In this document: positions 28,054 to 35,892 of the stretch, in pieces
Layout: the number at the start of each line of letters is the position of its first letter
Numbering within the stretch: the stretch's first letter is position 1
IMG/VR virus record: IMGVR_UViG_2912829908_000001
Span: 3,164 to 67,163 of that record
DNA from: a virus
Taxonomy: Duplodnaviria; Caudoviricetes
Length of the DNA stretch: 64,000 nucleotides
Reading direction: 5' to 3' (one strand)
Notes under the pieces: model-generated
Database searches by the model: none
What the model was told of the DNA's origin: nothing
The model's input: only the letters and a program-made list of their open reading frames with translations
Position numbers and translations under genes: made by a program

Positions 28054-29313
28054 TTGGGACGAAAGTCAAACGAAAAGGGGACGATTTCTATAGGGAAAGC
28101 TGATCGCAAACGCTGGGAAGGAAACGTTAAGTCGATGGAAATCATCGCGAAGGATCGCGGTCAAATAACTGAAGAAGATATCGAATTCTTACGGCAAAAT
28201 TATACGTCGGCAGGCGGGTTACTGCCGAATGCTTTTAGCGGTGGGGCCTTTTTCACGCCTACTCACGTCGCAAAGTTCGTATGGGACGTATTAAAGCCGC
28301 GGTTGCCGGAGACTCCGAAGGTTTTAGAGCCTTCCGTTGGTGCTGGTGTGTTTCTCGAACATGCGCCGAAGGCCGCTGACATCACAGCGTTAGAACTCGA
28401 TGGTACAAGCGCGAAAGTAACATCACTATTATATCCAGACGCTGAAATTATCGAAGGGAATGCGCTAGTACACGGCCGCCGAGATTATTACGACCTAGTA
28501 ATCGGCAACCCGCCATACGGAGTAAGCGTTAAGTTTGAGCCGCAAGAAGACGCGGAATGGCGGTCAATTACTAAAAAGAAGGGAGAATACGGAGGCAAGT
28601 CGGAGGTTGCTTTTATCGAACTCGCTATCAAAGCGGTTAAGCCCGGCGGTTATATTGCGTTTGTACTTCCGTTAGGCATCTCCTTCGCTAGCTACGCATC
28701 CAAGCTTCGAAAGCTCATGCACGAAACATGCTGGCAGGTCGCGACTATTTTACTTCCGGGAGAAACGTTCCAACACGTAGGTACTACGATTCCTACGCAG
28801 ATATTAATACTGCGGAAAGCACCGCCTAGAACGGAGTTAATACCGCCGGCAACTACGAAATGGAGCTCAAATTTCAGAAGAGGCGGTGACACCGACATAA
28901 CAGAATATAACGCAAAATTTCTCGAAGGTCAGCCGCCTGCTTATTTTGCGCAAGTAACAGATATTGGATGGGATGCGAAAGGAAAGTCAACAGATGCGTC
29001 GGGCGAGGGGCTAACGCAACTTGACGAACTTGTTGACGATTTTACTGACGATAATCTTATGCGCGAAAATCTATACCCGCATTTACCGAGCTGGCACGGA
29101 ATCGATAAAGGAAACGAGGCATTCTTCTTCTCACACGGCAACGGTCAGTGTGACGGCTTAAGGGATGCCGCAGCCACTTTTCCGGAGGCGCCTTATCGAT
29201 GGAATGAACTAACGTTAGGCGCCGGCGATGAGATCGAATGGAATGGTCGTATGGTGAGCTCGTTTGATTTCGATTGGCAGGACGAAATCGTTCGCAATTA
29301 TTTCGATAGATAG
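28054..29313 (+). CDS. N6-adenine DNA methyltransferase (orphan)
   Basis: FFTP, VLEPSVGAGVF (motif I), VIGNPPYG (motif IV). Confidence 0.88.
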   Translation: MGRKSNEKGTISIGKADRKRWEGNVKSMEIIAKDRGQITEEDIEFLRQNYTSAGGLLPNAFSGGAFFTPTHVAKFVWDVLKPRLPETPKVLEPSVGAGVFLEHAPKAADITALELDGTSAKVTSLLYPDAEIIEGNALVHGRRDYYDLVIGNPPYGVSVKFEPQEDAEWRSITKKKGEYGGKSEVAFIELAIKAVKPGGYIAFVLPLGISFASYASKLRKLMHETCWQVATILLPGETFQHVGTTIPTQILILRKAPPRTELIPPATTKWSSNFRRGGDTDITEYNAKFLEGQPPAYFAQVTDIGWDAKGKSTDASGEGLTQLDELVDDFTDDNLMRENLYPHLPSWHGIDKGNEAFFFSHGNGQCDGLRDAAATFPEAPYRWNELTLGAGDEIEWNGRMVSSFDFDWQDEIVRNYFDR

Positions 29314-29346
29314 CGCGATTACTAGAGCGAGAAGGAGGTTTTACGT

Positions 29347-29730
29347 ATGGGAACGGTCAAAATCGATCTACACCGAAAGGATCGCGAGTTTAACGCCGCA
29401 TATGCGCTCGATAACGCAGAAGGCGTCAAGCTATTGCTCGTCGATTATCAGAAGTTCGTCAGCCGGAAGCGATGCGGCGACTATGCGGCCGTAGAAGTGC
29501 TAATCGACATTCATAAAGCGATTGAGCTCGCCAGCTTAACAGATCGGCAACGGCAGGCGATTGAGCTCGTTTACTTCGGCGGACTAACGCAGGCTGAGGC
29601 GGGCGAACGGATGGGTATCGCTAAACAAAACGTAGAGGCTTATATATCGAGGGCCGCCGAAAAGATTGCGGACATTTATTACTATTGGGCCGGTCACAGC
29701 GAAGGATATACGACAAGGGGGACGGATTGA
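29347..29730 (+). CDS. sigma-70 region-4 type regulator (late activator candidate)
   Basis: LTDRQRQAIELVYFGGLTQAEAGERMGIAKQNVEAYISRA. Confidence 0.82.
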   Translation: MGTVKIDLHRKDREFNAAYALDNAEGVKLLLVDYQKFVSRKRCGDYAAVEVLIDIHKAIELASLTDRQRQAIELVYFGGLTQAEAGERMGIAKQNVEAYISRAAEKIADIYYYWAGHSEGYTTRGTD

Positions 29731-30272
29731 TGGATAAAACGATTTTGGACGAAACGATTACGGAAATGTACGCACGAACTAAGGCCGGTAAGATGTCTCG
29801 GCAGGAGCGAATTGAGGCAATAACGTCCCTGTCAGACGCTTACTTCGACTCTACCGGAGATCACCCGGAGCCCTCAGCGCTTGAGCGAATGGCTAATCTC
29901 GTACTCTATGAAGAGCTATCCGATTCGCATCCGGATAAGGTCACGCGCGAAGAGTACCCGATCATGAGCGAAACCCAGTTAGAAGAGCGATATAAACGAG
30001 AGGCTTCGGATAAATTGGCGGAGGAATACGACCAAACCGGATCTTATAAAGGTCGGCCGATCCGCAGGCCACGTTCTTCATACGAAAATAAATTACTGGA
30101 TAAGCGCGCCAAGGCACGGAATGAAGAGCGAAGGAAAGCCTACAATTCTTTTACGAAAGGGTATCTAGTCGCCGTTGGCAAAACGCCGCAAGGGGAGGTG
30201 ATTATGGAGAGAAGGTATACTCCCGGCCAATTCACCGTAAATATCGCAACCGGCGAAAAAGTTTATCACTAA
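29730..30272 (+). CDS. hypothetical protein coupled to the region-4 gene
   Basis: TGATG overlap, RBS AAGGGGG. Confidence 0.75.
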   Translation: MDKTILDETITEMYARTKAGKMSRQERIEAITSLSDAYFDSTGDHPEPSALERMANLVLYEELSDSHPDKVTREEYPIMSETQLEERYKREASDKLAEEYDQTGSYKGRPIRRPRSSYENKLLDKRAKARNEERRKAYNSFTKGYLVAVGKTPQGEVIMERRYTPGQFTVNIATGEKVYH

Positions 30273-30280
30273 TACCCGTA

Positions 30281-30306
30281 TTTTACCGCGTTAGTTGTCT
30301 ATACGT
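30281..30306 (+). promoter_or_regulatory. phage-specific promoter-like motif 2 (copy A)
   Basis: TTTTACCGCGTTAGTTGTCTATACGT; 24/26 identical copy at 37311-37336. Confidence 0.6.
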
Positions 30307-30359
30307 TGTGAGGGCGCCCGTTCAGCGCTCTTTTATTTTTGCGAAAAGGAGACGGTATA

Positions 30360-31160
30360 ATGAAGAGATTACGAGTTATTAATACGGAGACAGGCGAAGA
30401 CTGGTCGGAAATGTACACGCTGCGGCACCGCAACCAAGACGCAGCCTTTCGTCAGCAGCAAGAAAAAACAGCCGATCGGCGCGATTTCTCAAACGCCAAT
30501 ATGTCTAATATTCACGAAGTCTATGACGCTCTTACGACGGCACAGTGCGGCTATCTGATGCTGCTTCAGTGCTACGTCGATTATAACGGTGTCCTTATAA
30601 AATCCAGCCGCAATAAAACGCCGATGACCACTGCGGACATGATGGACGTTTTGCAGCTCGGTAAAAAACCCCGGACCTTTTACGACTTCCTTTCCGCTTG
30701 TACCGAGCACGATATTATCCGGGAAGAGGGCGGCCGCTACAGCGTAAATGACCGCTACCACTTCAAAGGTAATTTCGGTAGCCAGCAAGTCGTCAAGCTA
30801 TACAGCGCGAAGATTAAACGTGTGTACAGCGAAGTGAAGGCGACTGACATCGGCCTGATCTATCGTATGCTGCCGTTTATTCACTACGAAACAAACGCTT
30901 TGTGCGCAAATCCTTTCGAAAAGAATCCGAAGCGTATCCGCTGGTTCAATAAGAAGGAGCTTGCGTCGGCGATCGGTGTTACTTCGGATACGCTCGGACG
31001 GCGCCTAAAGCAGATGAAATTCGACGGAGAGTACGTTGTTGCGCGGATTAAAGTCGGAAGCGAGCCGGAGCGCTACACGTTTAATCCTAACGTATTCTAT
31101 CGACAATCCAAGACACCGGACAAAACGTTGATTGCGATGTTCAACGTTAAGAAGGTATAA
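30360..31160 (+). CDS. RepL-like winged-helix DNA-binding/replication protein
   Basis: two HTH-like regions, YTFNPNVFYR; family call from recall. Confidence 0.55.
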   Translation: MKRLRVINTETGEDWSEMYTLRHRNQDAAFRQQQEKTADRRDFSNANMSNIHEVYDALTTAQCGYLMLLQCYVDYNGVLIKSSRNKTPMTTADMMDVLQLGKKPRTFYDFLSACTEHDIIREEGGRYSVNDRYHFKGNFGSQQVVKLYSAKIKRVYSEVKATDIGLIYRMLPFIHYETNALCANPFEKNPKRIRWFNKKELASAIGVTSDTLGRRLKQMKFDGEYVVARIKVGSEPERYTFNPNVFYRQSKTPDKTLIAMFNVKKV

Positions 31161-31161
31161 T
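31132..31161 (+). promoter_or_regulatory. sigmaA promoter for the mini-gene
   Basis: TTGCGA-18-TATAAT. Confidence 0.7.
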
Positions 31162-31185
31162 TTTACTATATCGGAGGTGAGGCGA

Positions 31186-31257
31186 ATGGGAATGCCACGA
31201 GGAGCTAGTCCGTTAGAAAGCATTATCAGAGGCGCAGGTCCAGTACGCGGAGCATAA
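31186..31257 (+). CDS. 23-aa peptide MGMPRGASPLESIIRGAGPVRGA: tandem SPbeta-type arbitrium-like peptides, no signal peptide
   Basis: hand-translated; SD GGAGGTGA 31173-31180, own promoter and terminator; GMPRGA equals the SPbeta AimP peptide. Confidence 0.88.
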   Translation: MGMPRGASPLESIIRGAGPVRGA

Positions 31258-31260
31258 AAC

Positions 31261-31290
31261 AAAAAAGGACGCCTTATACGGGCGTCTTTT
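31261..31290. terminator. bidirectional intrinsic terminator
   Basis: AAAAAAG-GACGCC-ttatacg-GGCGTC-TTTT between convergent genes. Confidence 0.8.
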
Positions 31291-31435
31291 CTTCGTCATC
31301 CTCCGTTTGTAATTCAAGGACTTCGATCTGCGATTTTAAGATCGCTATGTCACGGCTGTTTAGCTTCGTAGGTAATTCAAAGCTCGCAATTTGCCCGTTT
31401 GTAAGCGCAATGCGGGCGTACTGTTTATCGTCCAT
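31274..31435 (-). CDS. hypothetical protein, 53 aa
   Basis: hand-translated MDDKQYARIALTNGQ...; RBS AAGGAG. Confidence 0.65.
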   Translation of the reverse strand: MDDKQYARIALTNGQIASFELPTKLNSRDIAILKSQIEVLELQTEDDEEKTPV

Positions 31436-31460
31436 TCGTGTAGCTCCTTATTGCGTTATT

Positions 31461-31640
31461 TTAAATATTCTTTTTCATTCCACACCGCCGGCACTCCCGA
31501 AGAAACTTCCCGCTCTTCACCGAGCTTTTGAACAGCGTATAGTCGCAGTTATCACATCGTCCTGCGCGCTTGTCCGGAAATTCCTTGTATTCGTAAGTGA
31601 TCGACGTATCAATGCCGTTAGTCTCGTATTTTTCCTCCAT
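31461..31640 (-). CDS. Zn-ribbon protein, 59 aa
   Basis: MEEKYET...CDNC...CRRC; RBS GGAGG. Confidence 0.7.
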   Translation of the reverse strand: MEEKYETNGIDTSITYEYKEFPDKRAGRCDNCDYTLFKSSVKSGKFLRECRRCGMKKNI

Positions 31641-31770
31641 TTTCGCTGTACCTCCGTGTCCTACATCGTTGTATAGAACGATTATACCACGAAATTACAA
31701 CGAGAGAGCCGTCTCAGACGCCTTCAGGTACGATAGGTATCCGAAAGCTCGAAACGGCTTATTTCGTTCA

Positions 31771-32208
31771 TTATTTAACGTTGAATTTCGCTGACTCAAA
31801 CGTGCCGATGTATTTGCGCTTGCCTGAATCCGAATAGCAGTCGATCTGAATAACGTATGTTCCTTTGCCGGTCTTGCTGCGGATCGACTTCGCACTAAAC
31901 GACTTCAGAGGCGTTGCCGTTTTGAAGCTTCCGCGCTGTACTAAATTCGTATCAGTCAGCCCGCCACCGCTGCGCTTTTTATAAACGCCAGCCGTGTAAT
32001 ACAGCGTTGAGCCGCCTTTCTTCTCGGCTTTCCAATCGACCGTGCTTGCGCTACTGCTGTACGTAGTTGCGTCCGTATATACCCGTGCCTTATGCCCGAA
32101 CTTCTCCGTCTGCCATCCCGACCATGCCGCGTCAGCCTGCGGAGCCAGCGCAATAGTGCCGGTTAATAGGGTGGCGGTGATTACGAGCGATTTAACTAAA
32201 CGTTTCAT
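31771..32208 (-). CDS. secreted basic beta-rich protein
   Basis: Sec signal ending QADA-A; start trimmed to ATG 32208 after GAGGAGG. Confidence 0.8.
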   Translation of the reverse strand: MKRLVKSLVITATLLTGTIALAPQADAAWSGWQTEKFGHKARVYTDATTYSSSASTVDWKAEKKGGSTLYYTAGVYKKRSGGGLTDTNLVQRGSFKTATPLKSFSAKSIRSKTGKGTYVIQIDCYSDSGKRKYIGTFESAKFNVK

Positions 32209-32321
32209 ACGATTTCCTCCTCGACTTCCAGCCGCGTACCACACGTAGGGCAGTACGCGTCCGGCTTGATTTCGATATCTAACTTTGCGTAATTGCAATC
32301 GTGGCAAGTGTATTCAATCAT
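32205..32321 (-). CDS. Zn-ribbon peptide, 38 aa
   Basis: MIEYTCHDC...YCPTCG; coupled at both ends. Confidence 0.65.
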   Translation of the reverse strand: MIEYTCHDCNYAKLDIEIKPDAYCPTCGTRLEVEEEIV

Positions 32322-32517
32322 CGTTCTGACTCTCCGTTTCCTTTTCGATACGATATCCGAAGTATTGCATTAGCGTATTAATCCCGATTTGGTAAGCGCG
32401 CCCGCATCGACCGAAATTGGCGGCGGGGCGCACGTATAATTCGAGGATCTGCGCTTCCTGCTGCGGCGTTAATGCCGGTACATCCGGCCATACTTTACGA
32501 ATCATAAGCTGTTCCAT
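32314..32517 (-). CDS. hypothetical protein
   Basis: RBS GGAGG. Confidence 0.65.
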   Translation of the reverse strand: MEQLMIRKVWPDVPALTPQQEAQILELYVRPAANFGRCGRAYQIGINTLMQYFGYRIEKETESQNDD

Positions 32518-32521
32518 ACCG

Positions 32522-32611
32522 TTATCGCCTCCGTTTTAGTGCTACGACAAGACCCGCGATTGCTACGATCAGGGCCGCCGCCGTAATGCCGATGGTTAAT
32601 ACCGTTAACAT
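32522..32611 (-). CDS. hydrophobic 29-aa peptide with basic tail
   Basis: MLTVLTIGITAAALIVAIAGLVVALKRRR; RBS AAGGAGG. Confidence 0.65.
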   Translation of the reverse strand: MLTVLTIGITAAALIVAIAGLVVALKRRR

Positions 32612-32661
32612 GGCGCGCTCGCCTCCTTGTGTTTGCGTTATGGTTACGGTACTATAAGAGA

Positions 32662-32733
32662 CACGGGGCGGACTCTCCAATCAACCCCGTATCAATGTTC
32701 TGGCGCTAGTCGTTTTTGCGATTAGCGTTTTTT
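32662..32733 (+). ncRNA. candidate antisense antitoxin RNA (ends approximate)
   Basis: promoter TTGTGT-17-TACTAT (32627-32655); terminator CGCTAGTCG/CGATTAGCG+T6 (32704-32733) overlapping the 3' end of 32706-32819. Confidence 0.5.
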
Positions 32734-32819
32734 GCGTTAACGCAGGCGGTTGCCAGATTCGTTACTGCAATGACGAAGTTTACTATCGCCGTTATGATTA
32801 GTACCGTTTCCGCGTTCAA
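32706..32819 (-). CDS. 37-aa single-TM peptide, type I toxin-like
   Basis: MNAETVLIITAIVNFVIAVTNLATACVNAKNANRKND; TTG after GGAGGG. Confidence 0.6.
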   Translation of the reverse strand: MNAETVLIITAIVNFVIAVTNLATACVNAKNANRKND

Positions 32820-32846
32820 TCGTTTTTCCCTCCTTTCTATAATTCC

Positions 32847-32875
32847 ATTATACGATATCGTATAACGTAAGTCAA
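32847..32875 (-). promoter_or_regulatory. sigmaA promoter with embedded 18-bp palindrome
   Basis: TTGACT-17-TATAAT; TTATACGATATCGTATAA at 32848-32865. Confidence 0.8.
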
Positions 32876-32878
32876 CGA

Positions 32879-34642
32879 TTAAATCGGAATATTTTGATAT
32901 TCTGTGTCGGTTTCGTTGAGCGATAGGGTGCCGGCTATCTTATTCCCGATGACTCGCGAATTAATAGACTCGGAGGTCTTAATCGGATTGTACAACGCGA
33001 AGGAGTTGGTCGAATACACAACGTTTTCCTTCACGAGCGCACCGTCAGTGTTTTTCGTTTGAATTCCGTAACCGCCGGAAGCCTTCCGATTAAACGTTAT
33101 GTCATTTCCGGATATTTCAGGTTTTTTACCGCCGACGACGTAAATCGGGATCAAACATTTCGCGTCAGTGATGTCGTTATTCTTAATACGAACGGTTCGC
33201 CCCTCAGCGCTTTCTCCGTAAATAGCCATGTTTGCCGGTTTTGGTATACGGCTGTATTCGATATCCACGTCGCTTCCCTTATCGAAAGATATAGCGTATC
33301 CTGTTGCGCCAGAGTAGTCGGTAAGATCAATATCGTTATCTACCAGTTTCGCCGAAGACCGCGTAACCACGACGCCTTGCTTACTGCGCTTAATGTCGTT
33401 CGATTTCGCTTTAACGTTAACAGAGTCGGCAATCTCTATCGCAGCAATATCCGAATCGTGGAGATCGTTACCTTCGAACGTTATGTCTTTTGAGTTACGC
33501 GCGCTACATAATTTACCCGGACAGTGATTTACGATGTTATCCGAAAACTTAACGTTCTTGGCTTCGAAGGTGGACAATGCGGTGCCGTCAGCGCTAAGCT
33601 CCGAAATTGTATTTCCGGATACTGAAACGTCTGCTCCGCGAACGTCAATGCCGCTGCTGAAGCCTTTTATCGTATTTCCGGTGATTGTCGTGTTATTTCC
33701 GGTAAAGCCAGCCGACACACCGAGGCTCGTAATTGCGGTATATTTCTTGTCCGTACGTACAAACGTATTATTCGAGATAGTGGTGTCAGTTCCGAATCCG
33801 TAAGAGATCGAGTTATCCGAATAGTTTCCAGAAATAACGACCTCGTATCCGCTGAAATTACAAACGGACTGCAATCTATTTCCTTTGAAAGTGTTATTCG
33901 TTATCCTCACATTGCGAGGCTCTTCGTAGTCGATATCGCCTTCACCGTAACCCTCGATATCAATGCCGAACATAGGCTTGCAGCCATCATTTATGCCAGC
34001 GTTGGTTATTACGTTTTTATCGATTTTCACATCCTCGCCGCCAGTGACCGATATATTGTTTCGACGAGCGCCGTCTAATTTACAACGCTCAATCGTAACA
34101 TTGCGGGCAGGCCGGTAAGTCGTCCAAGGAACGTTTAACATGCCTTGCGCGTTCACCATAATACAATCGCCTGTACACTCAGCTATGTCAACACCTTCAA
34201 TTACGACATCTTTAGCACCATGTACGTTTATGCCATAGCCCCATTCATGAGTTTCCTTCTTTTTTAGGTTCCCGTGCCCGGTAAAGTCGTGCTGATAACG
34301 TTCGCCGCGTATCTTACCGCCTTTTATCGTCACCTCTTCGACCTCTCCAATGTAGATACAGGAATATCCGTAAGAACTGTTTGGTTCTACAATAAGTTCT
34401 GCTTTTGGATGCAATATTAGGGCCATATGTGACGGTACACGTATCCCGGCTCCTTCTTCCGGGTTAACTGCAATACGGTTTACTGCGTCGATAAGGTACT
34501 TTCCCTTAGGGATTTCTACTTCAGAATAACCGGCCTCAGCCGCCTCGTATATTGCGCGATTAATTCCTTGTGTAGTCATAGCCGCCTCAGTTCCGTCCCA
34601 ACGCACATCGTACTTTTCAGCTTCCAACGTATATCGCATCAT
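32879..34642 (-). CDS. right-handed parallel beta-helix (pectin lyase-like) protein
   Basis: many I/N/G beta-helix repeats, GDCI, RRNNISV; no signal peptide. Confidence 0.8.
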   Translation of the reverse strand: MMRYTLEAEKYDVRWDGTEAAMTTQGINRAIYEAAEAGYSEVEIPKGKYLIDAVNRIAVNPEEGAGIRVPSHMALILHPKAELIVEPNSSYGYSCIYIGEVEEVTIKGGKIRGERYQHDFTGHGNLKKKETHEWGYGINVHGAKDVVIEGVDIAECTGDCIMVNAQGMLNVPWTTYRPARNVTIERCKLDGARRNNISVTGGEDVKIDKNVITNAGINDGCKPMFGIDIEGYGEGDIDYEEPRNVRITNNTFKGNRLQSVCNFSGYEVVISGNYSDNSISYGFGTDTTISNNTFVRTDKKYTAITSLGVSAGFTGNNTTITGNTIKGFSSGIDVRGADVSVSGNTISELSADGTALSTFEAKNVKFSDNIVNHCPGKLCSARNSKDITFEGNDLHDSDIAAIEIADSVNVKAKSNDIKRSKQGVVVTRSSAKLVDNDIDLTDYSGATGYAISFDKGSDVDIEYSRIPKPANMAIYGESAEGRTVRIKNNDITDAKCLIPIYVVGGKKPEISGNDITFNRKASGGYGIQTKNTDGALVKENVVYSTNSFALYNPIKTSESINSRVIGNKIAGTLSLNETDTEYQNIPI

Positions 34643-35439
34643 TATTCGTTACCTCCAACGTTATAGTTTTCGTTAATGAACTCCGACAGCAGCCCGGCAA
34701 ACTTATAGAACGTCTCGGTTTCGGTTCCGGCGCGTCCGTTAAGCGAGAACTTACCGAACATGCTTTTACGCAATCCGGTACTGAGCTCGATCTGTAAGCT
34801 TTCGCCGGTTATGCACTTATTCGCTATGTTCGCGCTACTTGCGCCTGCGAATCGATGTCCTGCGCCTACGAGTTCGGCACTAAAGCCGGCAGCATTCATG
34901 CGATCTACTAACGTCTGTCCGCGGACCGGATCGGTGCCACCTACGATAATATGCTCGGCGCTTTCGCTGTATCCGTGGAGCGATATAGCGCGATGGTGTC
35001 GCGCAACTAAGGCAAGCGCAGTTGGTTCGTCGAAATGGGTACTCGTGATGTGGAGGTCGAAGCCGTTCGGCGTCTTAAGAGATTCGAATAGATACGTAGA
35101 ATAGTCGGTACTGAGTTCGCGAGCAAGTTCGCTAGTTCCGCCTTCAATACTGCCGCCGTGTGGCGCTAATATTAGAACGGGCGTGGTGCGGTCGATTGCG
35201 AAAATGTTGTAGTTCGTCTCGGGTTCGTTGGCTTGGAGTTCGGCAAAGTTGCGGTAAGCGTCGGTGGCTTGCGCGGTGGCTGAAGTGGATGCGAATAACA
35301 TTGCGCATAGAATAAACGCTGTGATATACTGGAAGTGCTTCGTTCGATTCGGACGGTGCAGCTTTGCTTTGGTCGGTGGGGCTGCGCCTCCGTTTCGTTC
35401 TTTAATCGCCTTATTCAGTTTTCGTGAATCATTAATCAT
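34642..35439 (-). CDS. poly-gamma-glutamate hydrolase (PghP family), N-terminally anchored or secreted
   Basis: D.Y.NFAEL, LAPHGGSIEGGTSE, LHITSTHFDEP, SLHGY, N.N.N......QIELS..LR. Confidence 0.88.
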   Translation of the reverse strand: MINDSRKLNKAIKERNGGAAPPTKAKLHRPNRTKHFQYITAFILCAMLFASTSATAQATDAYRNFAELQANEPETNYNIFAIDRTTPVLILAPHGGSIEGGTSELARELSTDYSTYLFESLKTPNGFDLHITSTHFDEPTALALVARHHRAISLHGYSESAEHIIVGGTDPVRGQTLVDRMNAAGFSAELVGAGHRFAGASSANIANKCITGESLQIELSTGLRKSMFGKFSLNGRAGTETETFYKFAGLLSEFINENYNVGGNE

Positions 35440-35487
35440 TTCGTTACCCCTCTCGGATTTTATTAACGAGGGCCCTTCGTCATCCTA

Positions 35488-35550
35488 AATATACGATATA
35501 CGATAACGTATGTCAACGAATTTGCAGAAATTTATTCGATATCGTATAAT
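35488..35550. promoter_or_regulatory. divergent sigmaA promoters with CGATAT-type operators
   Basis: minus TTGACA-17-TATATT (35516-35488); plus TTGCAG-17-TATAAT (35522-35550). Confidence 0.75.
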
Positions 35551-35569
35551 GGTCGCAGAGGTGGTCGAA

Positions 35570-35794
35570 ATGAAACTAAACGCAACGCCGCGTTTAAACG
35601 CCGTTATGAAGACGAAAGGGTGGACGCAGGTAAGGCTATCCGAAGCATCAGGCGTGCCGCAAGGTTCGATATCGCGATTTGATAAGAATAGTCGCCACGA
35701 AGACTGGCATGTTTTTTCGATTGCGAAGGCGCTCGGCGTAGAAGTCGATGAGCTATTCGAAATTGAAGAAGCCACGGAAGAGGACGCTGAATAA
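35570..35794 (+). CDS. XRE-family HTH regulator
   Basis: GWTQVRLSEASGVPQGSISRF; RBS GAGGTGG. Confidence 0.85.
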   Translation: MKLNATPRLNAVMKTKGWTQVRLSEASGVPQGSISRFDKNSRHEDWHVFSIAKALGVEVDELFEIEEATEEDAE

Positions 35795-35810
35795 ATCGGC
35801 GTCTTTTTTT
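35783..35810 (+). terminator. intrinsic terminator
   Basis: GACGCTG/CGGCGTC + T7. Confidence 0.7.
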
Positions 35811-35813
35811 GTC

Positions 35814-35875
35814 TTGAAATTCGAGCGCGCGTTGGTATAATTATCCTATCGAAAATAGTTCGGGAATTCCCGAAC
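35814..35875 (+). promoter_or_regulatory. sigmaA promoter and palindromic operator for the GT2 gene
   Basis: TTGAAA-16-TATAAT; perfect palindrome GTTCGGGAATTCCCGAAC 35858-35875. Confidence 0.65.
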
Positions 35876-35892
35876 CGAAAGGACGGTTATAA

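Noticed and set aside
28054-29313. Complete restriction-modification system
   Set aside because: No endonuclease or specificity gene is adjacent.
31186-31257. Ordinary second aimP
   Set aside because: No signal peptide, no neighbouring aimR, and three different peptides in tandem.
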